Source: Myxococcales bacterium
GTDB lineage: Bacteria > Myxococcota_A > UBA9042 > JABWCM01 > BTVJ01
Assembly (NCBI GenBank): GCA_045863395.1
Contig: BTVJ01000011.1
Location: 1 to 64,000, forward strand
DNA: 64,000 nt
Direction: 5' to 3'
Shown here: positions 37,240 through 47,800 of the stretch, in pieces
How positions within the stretch are numbered: the first letter of the stretch is position 1
How the letters are laid out: every line of letters starts with the position of its first letter
The notes under the pieces: generated by a model
What the model was told of the DNA's origin: nothing
Databases searched by the model: none
The model's input: the letters and a program-made list of their open reading frames with translations, nothing else
Made by a program: the position numbers and the translations under genes

Positions 37240-37373
37240 GTTCGGTTTCGCCTCGCCGAGGGGGCGCCCGCCGCAGCGGGGAGCCCGGAGGATGAACCGA
37301 GACTATACGAGACGTTCGCGAGGTGCCGCAACCGCTCCCGGAGCTGGTGACGGGGAGCGCGGCGGTTGCCGGA

Positions 37374-38501
37374 TCAGGGGGCCGCCGGCTTCGCCTGGGG
37401 CGGGTCCCACGTGCACGTCGTGAAGACCGTCATGAGGGGCGGGCGCCCCACGCCCTCGAGGCCCCAGGTGTACTCGCGGATCTCCTGACCCGGGGCCAAG
37501 GTGCCCAGGTCCTTGACGATGCTCTTCTCGTCGCTGCCCACTCGGAGGTCCAGGCGCGCCTCGCACCGCGCCGCCTCGGCGTAGACGTTGGTGGCGCGGA
37601 GGCGGGCGACGTACCGCGCGCCCTCGGGAGCGTTGACCTCCTCCACGTTGGACTCGATGACGACCTCGCGGCAGGAGCCCGGGATCGTCTCCCTCGCCGC
37701 GCACTGAGAGGCGTCGCCCGTGGCGATGGCGCGGCAGTGATCGCGCGCGGTCGGCTCCGGGATGCGCCCGCACTGGACCGGGTCCTGCTTCATGAGGGCG
37801 GTCAGCGTCCAGTAGGTCTGGCAGGGGGCTGCGCTCGTGCCGCACTCCGGTGCCTTCCGATCCCGCATGGCCCGGCACACGACGGCCTCCTCCGAGCCGT
37901 CGGGCGGGCAGGTGAGCTCGCCGCCCGCGCCGCCCTCGCACATGGCGCGGAGGCCGCCGTCGGGGATTCCCCCGCACAGGGCGGGGTTCCTGCCGACCAC
38001 CGCCTGGCGCAGCAGGGCCATCAGCTTGCACGCGGCGCCCGAGTCCTGGAGGTTCTCACCACGGCACTGGGAGGGGTCCCCGGACGCGGCGCCCACGCAG
38101 GAGGCGTCCAGGGTCCGCTCGGCGCACTTCCCGGCGTGGCGGTGCAGGGCCGCGACCAGGAGGGCGTCGGCCTTTCTGCGCGCCTCGCTGGCGGCTGCGG
38201 TTGCCTTGTCTGCCTCGACGCGGGCGATGGCGGCCTGCTGCGTGGCGATGGCGACCTCGTCGAACTGCTGCCCACCCTCACAGGCGTCAGGGGCGTTGGC
38301 TGGGACAACCGGCGCGGGCTCCGGCGTGGCCACTGTCGTCTCCGGAGCCGCCGGGGGCGCGCTCTCGGCGGTCGCCTGCGCCGGCCTCGATGCTGGCGCC
38401 GTGGGCTGAGCAGGCGCCGGGGGTTCGCTCTTCTTGCAGCCGCCCCAGGCCGCGAGCGTCAGCGCTGCGGCGCCAGCGATCCACCCGATCTTTCGTGACA
38501 T
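37374..38501 (-). CDS. Cys-rich lipoprotein of unknown function
   Basis: RBS (GAGGAGG), signal peptide ending AWGG-C, a Pro/Ala linker, C-x-DP/NP-x-C repeats and a C-terminal beta-sandwich-like segment. Confidence 0.7.
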   Translation of the reverse strand: MSRKIGWIAGAAALTLAAWGGCKKSEPPAPAQPTAPASRPAQATAESAPPAAPETTVATPEPAPVVPANAPDACEGGQQFDEVAIATQQAAIARVEADKATAAASEARRKADALLVAALHRHAGKCAERTLDASCVGAASGDPSQCRGENLQDSGAACKLMALLRQAVVGRNPALCGGIPDGGLRAMCEGGAGGELTCPPDGSEEAVVCRAMRDRKAPECGTSAAPCQTYWTLTALMKQDPVQCGRIPEPTARDHCRAIATGDASQCAARETIPGSCREVVIESNVEEVNAPEGARYVARLRATNVYAEAARCEARLDLRVGSDEKSIVKDLGTLAPGQEIREYTWGLEGVGRPPLMTVFTTCTWDPPQAKPAAP

Positions 38502-38636
38502 GCACGCACCTCCTCGTGGGGGCAGACCCTGCATGGTCTCAGATTCCCGATGTGCCGTCGAGGCGCGCGGGAGCGCCCGCGCGGAGGACCACCCTTTGTG
38601 GTTGATCGGTGCCCCGGTCCCGGTACGATGCGCGCC

Positions 38637-40343
38637 ATGCTTCGACCCCGCTGGACCCTGCTCGACGTGGCCCCGGATCGCGTCCACGCCCTGGCGCGCG
38701 TCGCCTCCTGCTCCGTGATCGTCGCGCGGCTCCTGGTGCAGCGCGGCATCGAGGATCCCGCCGAGGCCGCGCGCTTCCTCGACCCCCGCCTCTCCGATCT
38801 GGAGCCGCCCGCGCGCATGGCAGGCATGGGCGCGGCGGTGGAGCGCATCCTGGAGGCCGACGCTCGGGGGCAGAAGATCACCATATGGGGTGATTATGAT
38901 GTCGACGGGGTCACATCAGCAAGCCTGCTGCTGTTGTTTCTTCGAGATGTCGGTATTTCGGCTGATTTCTTCGTTCCAGACCGATTCGTGGATGGTTATG
39001 GGCTGAGCGCGCCCCGCATCGAGGAGCTGGCCGCTCGGGGGACGCGGCTCCTGATCACCGTGGACTGCGGTGTGACGGCCCGGGCCGAGATCGCGCTTGC
39101 CGGCTCTCTGGGTATGGACGTGGTCGTCGTGGACCACCACCACCCCCCTCCTGAGCTGCCGGCGTGCATCCTGGTCAACCCGCTCCAGCCGGGGTGCGGC
39201 TACTCCTATAAGAAGATGGCGGCCGTCGGGCTGACCTTCCACCTGCTGGTGGCGCTGCGGGCGGCGCTCCGGGAGCGCGGGCGGTTCGCCGGGCGCCCCG
39301 AGCCGGACCTGCGGGATCTGCTGGATCTCGTCGCCATCGGGACCGTCGCCGACGTGGTCCCGCTGACGGGGACCAACCGGATCCTGACGTGGCACGGTCT
39401 CAGGCGGGTCGCGCAGAGCCGCCACCCGGGGGTGAAGGCGCTGTGCCGGGTCAGCGGCATCGACGGGCCCGTGGGCGCCGGGCAGGTGGGCTTCCAGCTC
39501 GGGCCGCGCATCAACGCGGCGGGGCGGCTCAGCTCTGCGACCAAGGGGGTGGAGCTGCTGACCTCCCGGAGCCTGGAGGCGGCCATGGGCATCGCCGAGG
39601 AGGTGGACCGGGAGAACCGCGAGCGGCGCGCCATCGAGCAGACCATGCTGGACGAGGCGCTCGCGCAGGCGACGCGCCTGGGGAATCCGGCGGGGCGCAG
39701 GGCCCTCGTGCTGTCCAGCGCCTCGTGGCACGCGGGGGTGGTCGGCATCGTGGCGTCCAAGGTGGTCGAGCGCTTCCACCGGCCCACGTTCGTCATCGCC
39801 GTGGAGGGTGACGTCGGCAAGGGGTCCGGGCGCAGCGTGGAGGGCTTCCATCTGGTGGAGGGGCTCGACCGGGTGGCGAGCGACCTCGTCGGCTACGGGG
39901 GGCACGCCCACGCGGCCGGGGTGACCGTCGCTGCGGACCGCATCCCGCGCTTCGCAGAGCGCCTCGACGCCGTTGCGCGGGAGCGCCTGTCGGAGGCGCA
40001 GCTCACCCCGACCCTGCGGCTCGACGCGGAGGTTCCCCTTGGCGCGGTGACCTGGGACCTGGTCGCGGACCTGGAGCGGCTCGCCCCCTTCGGGCCCGGG
40101 AACCCGCGGCCGACGTTCCTCGGGCGCGCGGTGCGCGTGCAGGACGTGCGGGTCGTGGGGAGCGGGCATCTGAAGATGACCGTGGAGCAGGGCGGCACTA
40201 CCTGCGACTGCATCGGCTTCCGGCTCGCCGACCGGGCCCCGCGCCCGGGAGAGCGGGTCGATCTGGCGTTTCGGCCTCAGATCGACACGTTCAATGGGCG
40301 GCAGCGCCTCCAACTCGACCTGCGGGACCTGCGCCCGGCGTGA
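38637..40343 (+). CDS. recJ: ssDNA-specific exonuclease RecJ
   Basis: GDYDVDG, ITVDCG, VDHH, GTVADVVPL, GPRINAAGR, KGSGRS, GGHAHAAG and APFGPGNP. Confidence 0.97.
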   Translation: MLRPRWTLLDVAPDRVHALARVASCSVIVARLLVQRGIEDPAEAARFLDPRLSDLEPPARMAGMGAAVERILEADARGQKITIWGDYDVDGVTSASLLLLFLRDVGISADFFVPDRFVDGYGLSAPRIEELAARGTRLLITVDCGVTARAEIALAGSLGMDVVVVDHHHPPPELPACILVNPLQPGCGYSYKKMAAVGLTFHLLVALRAALRERGRFAGRPEPDLRDLLDLVAIGTVADVVPLTGTNRILTWHGLRRVAQSRHPGVKALCRVSGIDGPVGAGQVGFQLGPRINAAGRLSSATKGVELLTSRSLEAAMGIAEEVDRENRERRAIEQTMLDEALAQATRLGNPAGRRALVLSSASWHAGVVGIVASKVVERFHRPTFVIAVEGDVGKGSGRSVEGFHLVEGLDRVASDLVGYGGHAHAAGVTVAADRIPRFAERLDAVARERLSEAQLTPTLRLDAEVPLGAVTWDLVADLERLAPFGPGNPRPTFLGRAVRVQDVRVVGSGHLKMTVEQGGTTCDCIGFRLADRAPRPGERVDLAFRPQIDTFNGRQRLQLDLRDLRPA

Positions 40344-41691
40344 GGTAGGTCGTGGCCCGCGCCCCGACGAGCTCTGTGGTCTCCAGCGGGCGCCACCGGG
40401 CCGCGAAGGTGGCCTCGTGCTCCCCGTGCGGAGGGTGGGCCTGGAGGTAGAGCACGCGGCCGCCGCGTGCCTGCGCCTGCTGCTCGGCGCGGTCCACGTC
40501 CGCGGGGCCGTCGAGCCAGACCACCGGCGCTCGCAGATACCAGCCCAGGTACGTCCGGTTGTAGGGCTCGGCCACGAGCACTGCGTCTGCGGTCGTCGCG
40601 AGCGCGGAGAGCTCTCGCCACTGCTCCTTGGAGCGGGTGAGGTACACGTCCCGCAGCAGGTGGAAGGCGAGCAGCGCCGCCGTGGCGGCTGCGACCACCC
40701 GGCGCGGCCACGGGGGGAGCAGCACGAGGCCCCGCGCGGCCAGCAGCGAGAGGGCGCCCAGGATGGCGATGGGGTATTTGTGGTAGAAGATCGGCTCTCC
40801 GATGAGGGACAGGGTCACGGGGATGGCCAGGGGGACGGCGATCCACAGGGCGAGGAGGGCGCGGCGGGAGGTCCGGGGGGCGCTGTCTCCTGCGCCGCCG
40901 GGGGCCTCCGCGGCAGCCCGCAGGGACACGAGCGGGAGGAGCACGGCGAGGGGGATGGAGTAGCCGTACCAGCGCCGCATCCAGTCGAGGGGGTCGGTCC
41001 AGGTGATGGGGTCGATCCAGAAGCCCTGCTGGACACGGCCGGCCTGCCCGAGCAGCGACGGAACCCAGGGGAGGAGCAGCGCGGCCACGGTGGCGGCGCC
41101 GGCGAGGAACGGGCGGCGCAGGGCAGGCACGAACACGAGCGCCCAGAGGCCCTGGGCCACGAGCACGAAGCTCCCGTAGACGTGGGTGTAGGCAAGGAGG
41201 GTGGCGGCTGCGATCCACACCAGGGCGCGGCCCCGTGAGGGCTGCGAGGCCCACCGGACCAGCGCCCACGTCGCCCACAGGGCCAGGGCGAGCATCAGGG
41301 AGTAGGATCGTGCCTCGCGCCCGTAGAACACCGCGTAGGGGTTGAGAGCGAGCAAGGTGGCAGCCATGAGGCCGGTCCGGCGGTCCCACAGTTCACGGCC
41401 GAGGCCGTAGAGGGGGACGACGGCGGCCGCACCGACGAGCGCCGAGAGGAGCCGCGAGGCGACCTCGGACTCCCCGACCAAGCGCGTCCACACCCACAGG
41501 AGGACGGAGTAGAGGGGCGGGTGGACGTCCTCCCGGGCCAGGGCAGCGAGCATGTCGCCAAAGGGCTTGCGCACCTGGTCGAGGGACCAGATCTCGTCGT
41601 ACCAGTAGGATTCGTCGCCAATTCCGACGACGCGGGCGAGCAGGGCCGCCGCGACGATGACGAGCAGGGGCTGGTTCCGGGGTGGGCTCAT
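40291..41691 (-). CDS. GT39/ArnT-like (PMT-family) glycosyltransferase
   Basis: SYWYDE, DVHPPLY, RLLSAL, EARSYSL and AYTHVY in a polytopic membrane protein. Confidence 0.88.
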   Translation of the reverse strand: MSPPRNQPLLVIVAAALLARVVGIGDESYWYDEIWSLDQVRKPFGDMLAALAREDVHPPLYSVLLWVWTRLVGESEVASRLLSALVGAAAVVPLYGLGRELWDRRTGLMAATLLALNPYAVFYGREARSYSLMLALALWATWALVRWASQPSRGRALVWIAAATLLAYTHVYGSFVLVAQGLWALVFVPALRRPFLAGAATVAALLLPWVPSLLGQAGRVQQGFWIDPITWTDPLDWMRRWYGYSIPLAVLLPLVSLRAAAEAPGGAGDSAPRTSRRALLALWIAVPLAIPVTLSLIGEPIFYHKYPIAILGALSLLAARGLVLLPPWPRRVVAAATAALLAFHLLRDVYLTRSKEQWRELSALATTADAVLVAEPYNRTYLGWYLRAPVVWLDGPADVDRAEQQAQARGGRVLYLQAHPPHGEHEATFAARWRPLETTELVGARATTYLTPGAGPAGRVGGAAAH

Positions 41692-41810
41692 GGGGCGCGG
41701 AGGGTAGCCGATCACCGAGGGCCTGTCACATGGGCGGCGGCTTGCTGGCGCGCCGCCGTTTCGGATACGGTCTGAGCGAGATGTACCTCTCCCGCTCCAC
41801 GAGGGCCCCC

Positions 41811-44800
41811 ATGAAGGTCCGCTTCGCCTGCGCCATCGCGGCGCTGTTCCTCTTGGGTCTTGCTGCGTGCTCCGGCGAGGATGGGCCTGCCCCGCCCCCG
41901 GGGACCGATGTGGTGGATGGGGCGGGGGGCGTCGATGCAGAGCCGCAGGATGCGCAGCCCGACGCCACGGGTGAGCCGGACGCCCCGGATGCAGGTGGTG
42001 ACACCGCGGATGCGGGCACCGACGCCCCCGACCCCGCGGACGTGCCCGACACCACCGTCGCGGACGTGGACGCGACGGGCCCCGCCGAGCGGCTGCTCGT
42101 CACGGAGGTCATGAGGAACCCGAAGGCGGTGCCCGACGGGGACGGCGAGTGGATCGAGCTCACCAACGTGGGGGAGGTGCCGGTTGCTCTGGACGGCCTC
42201 CGGCTCCGCGACGACGGGACCGACGACCATGTGATCACCGGGTCCGGCGTGGTGCTCAAGCCGGGCGAGCTGGTCGTCGTCGGCTCGAACGGGGATCAGG
42301 GCCAGAACGGAGGCGCCCCGGTCGGCTACGTCTACAGCGGGTTCGTGCTCGGCAACGACGCGGACGCCGTGATCGTGGAGCGGGACGGCGTTGTGCTGGA
42401 CAGGGTGGCCTACGGGGCGGGGTGGCCAGACGTGGAGGGCTCCTCCTTCATGCTGGCCCCAAGCGCGATGGATGAGGCCGCCAACGACGCGCCCGGCGCC
42501 TGGTGCGCCTCCGTGACCCCCATGAGCGGCGGCGACCGCGGCACGCCGGGGGAGCCGAACCCTCCTTGTGTCGACCCGGTGGAGGCCGACTGCACGAACG
42601 GCACCGACGACGACGGCGACGGGGTCACGGACTGCGACGACTCGGACTGCTACGCCGCGCCCGCCTGCGCTCCCATCCCTCCCGGCGCGCTGGTGATCAC
42701 CGAGATCATGCAGAACCCGGACGCGGTGCAGGACACCGTCGGGGAGTGGATCGAGATCGCCAACACCACGGACATGCCCCTGGACCTGGACGGCCTCGTG
42801 CTAGCCAAGGCGTCGGGCACGAAGCACGTGATCTCCAACGGGGGGCCGCTGCTGGTGGCGCCCGGGGGGCTCATCGTGCTCGGCGCGAGCGCCGACACCG
42901 CCGCCAACGGCGGGGCGCCCGTCGCCTACACCTGGAGCGGGTACTCTCTCGGCAATGGCGCGGACGACGTGATCCTGCGCTCTGGCGACCTCGTCGTCGA
43001 TCAGGTCGCGTGGGACGATGGCGCGACGTTCCCTGACCCCACCGGAGCGTCCATGGCGCTGTCCCCTGATGCTCTGGACGCGGACGCCAACGACGCCGGG
43101 GCCGCGTGGTGCGCCTCGACGGCGCCGTTTGGGGCAGGCGACCTGGGCACACCGGGGCTTCCCAACCCGCCGTGCGAGCCCCCGCTCTGCGGCAATGGGG
43201 AGCCCGATCCCGGCGAGGTGTGCGACGACGGCAACCAGGTCCCGGGGGACGGCTGCGAGCCCAACTGCAAGGTGACCCCCGGCGGGTGTGGCGACGGCAA
43301 GATGAACCCGGGCGAGGAGTGCGACGACGGCAACCTGAAGGCCGGCGACGGGTGCTCCCCCTCCTGCGAGCTGGAGCAGGCCCTGCCCCCCGGGGCCCTG
43401 CTGATCACCGAGATCATGGTCAACCCCAAGGCCGTGGACGACCCCAAGGGCGAGTGGTTCGAGGTGCTGAACACGACCGTGCTGCCCGTCGACCTGGCGG
43501 GCTTCACCATCGGCGACGGCCAGACCGACCTGCACGTCATCACGCCGAAGAAGCCGCTGCTGCTGGCCCCGGGCAAGCGCTTCGTCCTCGGGCCCAACGA
43601 CGACGTCAACACGAACGGCGGGCTGATCGTCGACTATGCCTACGGCGCCGACCTGGTCCTGGGCAACGGGGGCGACACCTTGTTCATCGCGTACGGCAAG
43701 GTAGTCGACTCCGTGACGTGGACCTTCCCCGCGTTCCCGGGCTTCGAGGGGCGCGCCATGCAGCTCGCCCCGGAGCACCACTCGGCCGTGGCCAACGACC
43801 TGGCGTCGAGCTGGTGCGGGGCGACCGCGGTCTATGGGGCCGGCGACTTCGGGACCCCGGGGGCACCCAACACGCCCTGCGTCCCGTGCGGCAACGGGAC
43901 CAAGGAGCCGGAGGAGCAGTGCGACGACGGCAACTTCGTGTCCGGCGACGGGTGCGAGCCCGACTGCACACTGACGCCCCCGCCGTGCGGGAACGGGAAG
44001 CCTGACGCTGGGGAGCAGTGCGACGACGGGAACGACGTGCCCGGGGACGGGTGCGAGCCGGACTGCACCCTGACGCCGCCGCTGTGCGGGAACGGGGCGC
44101 TGGACGACGGGGAGGAGTGCGACGACGGGAACGCAGACGGCCTGGATGGCTGCGACGCAGACTGCAAGGTGGAGGTGGCGCCCGGGGACGTGGTGATCAC
44201 CGAGATCATGCAGAACCCCGCGGCGGTGGCGGACGCGGACGGGGAGTGGTTCGAGGTGCGGAACCTGCGGGATCACGACATCCCGCTCGGGGGCTGGACC
44301 ATCGCCGACATGGGGACGGACCTGCACGTCATCGGCGACCTCGTGCTGCCCGCGGGTGGGGTCCTGGTGCTCGGCAACAACGCCGAGATGGGCACCAACG
44401 GCGGCGCTCCCGTGGACTACCAGTACGCGGGGGTCGTCCTCGGCAACGGCGCCGACTCCATCGTGCTCTCGCGCGCGGGGGTCGTCATCGACCAGGTGGC
44501 GTGGGACGACGGGCTCACCTTCCCCGACCCGGACGGCGCCTCCATGCAGCTCGACGCGACGAAGCTCGATGCCGGCATCAACGATCTCGGCGGCGCCTGG
44601 TGCGTCGGGCAGGTCCCCTATGGGGCGGGCGACCGGGGAACGCCCGGCGGCGCCAACCTGCCGTGTACGGGGCTCGTGAAGTGCGGCGACGGCGCCTGTG
44701 ACCCGGATGCCGGCGAGGACTGCCGGACCTGCACCGGCGACTGCGGCCCGTGCGACGGCTGTCTGCCCGCGGCTGCGGCCGGCTGCGGCGGCTGCGCCTG

Positions 44801-47800
44801 CGAGGCCTGCGTGTGTGGCGACGACGCGTTCTGCTGTGACGTGGCGTGGGATCTGGCGTGCGCCCTCGGCTGCTCCGCCTGCGGCGCCGCGTGCCAGAGC
44901 GACGGGTGCAGCCCATCCGTGTTGCCTGGATGCGGCCAGTGTGCCTGCGAGGCCGCGGTGTGTGCCGCGGACCCCTCCTGCTGCGACGTCGCGTGGGACG
45001 ATGGGTGCGTGGCGGCGTGCGTTGCGGCCGGGGGCGACTGCGGCTCGGACGGGTGCTCCGTGAGCGCTCTGCCCGGGTGCGACGGCTGCGGCTGCGAGGC
45101 CTGCGTCTGCGCCCAGGACCCGAGCTGCTGTGACGTCGCGTGGGACATCCAATGCGTGCAGCGCTGCTTCGAGTGCTCCGGGGGGTGCCTGTCCGACGGG
45201 TGTGCGGCGAGCGCGCTGCCCGGGTGCAACGGCTGCGCCTGCGAGGCCGCCGTGTGCGGCGACGACGCCTGGTGCTGCGAGGTCGCCTGGGATGTGAGCT
45301 GCGCCGCCGCGTGCGGGGCGACGCAGGACTGCGGCTCTGACGGGTGCGCGGTGAGCCAGCTCGCTGGCTGCGGAAGCTGCGCGTGCGAGGCGGACGTCTG
45401 CGCCGGGGACCCGATCTGCTGTGAGGTCGCCTGGGACGCGAGCTGCGCCGCGGCCTGTGCGGCCACCCAGGACTGCGGCTCCGACGGGTGCTCGCCGAGC
45501 GTGCGGCCCGGGTGCGGAGGGTGCGCGTGCGAGGCGGCGGTCTGTGCGGCAGACCCGGCGTGCTGCGACGTGGCGTGGGACCTGCGCTGCGCGCTGGCCT
45601 GCAGCGCCACCCAGGACTGCGGGACCGATGGGTGCTCCCCGTCGGTGGCCGGCGGGTGCGGTGGGTGTGCGTGCGAAGCCGCGGTGTGCGCGGCGGATCC
45701 GGCGTGCTGTGACGTGGCCTGGGACGCGGCGTGCGTCGTTGCGTGCCTGGCGCACCAGGACTGCGGCTTCTCTTGCGGAGACGGCACGCTGGAGCCCGGT
45801 GAGCAGTGCGACCAGGGCGCCTCCAACAGCGACACGGAGCCCGGGGCGTGCCGGACGAGCTGCGAGCCCGCCTGGTGCGGGGACGGCGTGACGGACCCCG
45901 GTGAGAGCTGCGACGACGGCAACGATGCGCCTGGTGACGGCTGCGCCTCGTGCCTGGTGGAGACCCCCGCCGTGGGTCCGGGCGATCTCGTCATCACGGA
46001 GATCATGCAGAACCCGGCCGCGGTGTCGGATGCGCTCGGAGAGTGGTTCGAGGTGAAGAACACGACCTCGGCGACCCTGGATCTGAGCGGGCTCGTCATC
46101 CGCGACAACGGCACCGACTCCCACGTGATCGAAGGGGGGCCGCAGGTGCTCCTGGGACCGGGCGCGGTCCTGGCGCTGGGCAACAACGGGAACCCGGCGA
46201 CCAACGGCGGCGCCCCGGTGGGCTACCAATACAGCGGCGTCACCCTCGGCAACACCAGCGATGCGATCATCGTGATGGCCGGCGCGGTGGTCATCGACCA
46301 GGTGGCGTGGGACGACGGCGCCACCTTCCCAAAGCCCAACGGGGCCTCCATGAGCCTGGACCCGAGCGCCACGGACGCGGCGGCCAACGACCTTGGGGCC
46401 GCGTGGTGCCTGGGAACGACCGGCTACGGCGCTGGCGACATGGGGACGCCCGGCGCTCCCAACCCCGTCTGCCCGGCCTGCGGCGACGGGGTCTGCGGCG
46501 ACTTGGAGATCTGCGCGACCTGCCCGGGGGACTGCGGCGCATGCAGCGACGGGTGCACCGAGAGCCCGTGGCCTGGTTGCAGTGGGTGTGCTTGCGAGGC
46601 GTGCGTCTGCGCCGCCGACTCCTTCTGCTGCGACACCGCGTGGGACGCCGCGTGCGTCACCCTCTGCGCCCTCGACTGCCAGGGCTGCTCCACCTGCGGC
46701 AACGGCCAGGTGGAGCCCGGCGAGGAGTGCGACGACGGTGGTGAGGAGGACGGCGACGGGTGCTCGGCGGAGTGCGCCGTCGAGGTGACTTCGCCCTACC
46801 CCGGCTCCTTGGTGATCACCGAGATCATGGCGGATCCCGTGGCGGTGAGCGACCTGACCGGAGAGTGGGTCGAGGTCCTGAACGTGACCTCGACGCCCCT
46901 CACGCTGGATGGCCTCCAGCTCGCGGACGCCAGCGGCGCGACGTTCACGGTGGCGCCTGCGGTGCCGCTGGTGGTGGCTCCCGGCGCGCGGGTCGTCTTC
47001 GGGCTGAGCGGGACCGAGGGCGACAACGGCGGCGTGGCCGTGGACGTGGTGTACGGCGGCTTCGCGCTCGGCGACGCGGGGGACACCGTCACCCTGCTGC
47101 ATGGGGGGAAGGTGGTGGATCAGGTGGCCTACGGGCCGCCGTTCCCCCTGGTGCCGGGGCGCTCCATGAGCCTCGACCCCGGGCTGACCACGGCGGCAGA
47201 CAACGACGACGCGGAGAGCTGGTGCGCGGGCAACCAGCCCTTCGGTGACGGTGACCTGGGGACGCCCGGCGCGCCGAACCCGCCGTGCGGGAGCGGCTTC
47301 TGCGGCAATGGCCTCGTTGAGAGCGGTGAAGAGTGCGACCACGGTGGTGCCAACAGCGACACGGAGCCCGACGCCTGCCGCACCGACTGCCGCGCTCCCT
47401 CGTGCGGCGACGGGGTGACCGACACCGGCGAGAGCTGCGACGACGGCAACGACGAGCCGGGGGATGGGTGCGAGGTGGACTGCAAGGCCACCGGCGAGCA
47501 GGACTGCGGGAACGGGACGGTGGAGCTCCCCGAGGAGTGCGACGACGGCAACGACGACCCGACGGATGGGTGTACGGAGTGCGAGTGGTCTGCGCTCCCG
47601 GTCCAGGCTGGGGCCCTCGTGATCACGGAGATCCTGGCGGTCTCCAAGGCGACCCCCTCGCCGGCCGGTGCCTGGATCGAGATCTACAACCCGGGAGTCT
47701 CGCCCGTTGACGTGCGCCTCCTCGTGGTGAGCGACGGTGCAGGGGGCCTCCACACCATCGCCGGTGGACCCGATCCCCGTCTGGTCCCGCCCGGCGAGTT

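Noticed and set aside
44754..45770. Regularly spaced repeats as a possible CRISPR array
   Set aside because: The units are 144-147 bp, in frame, degenerate at third codon positions and lack unique spacers. There are no cas genes.
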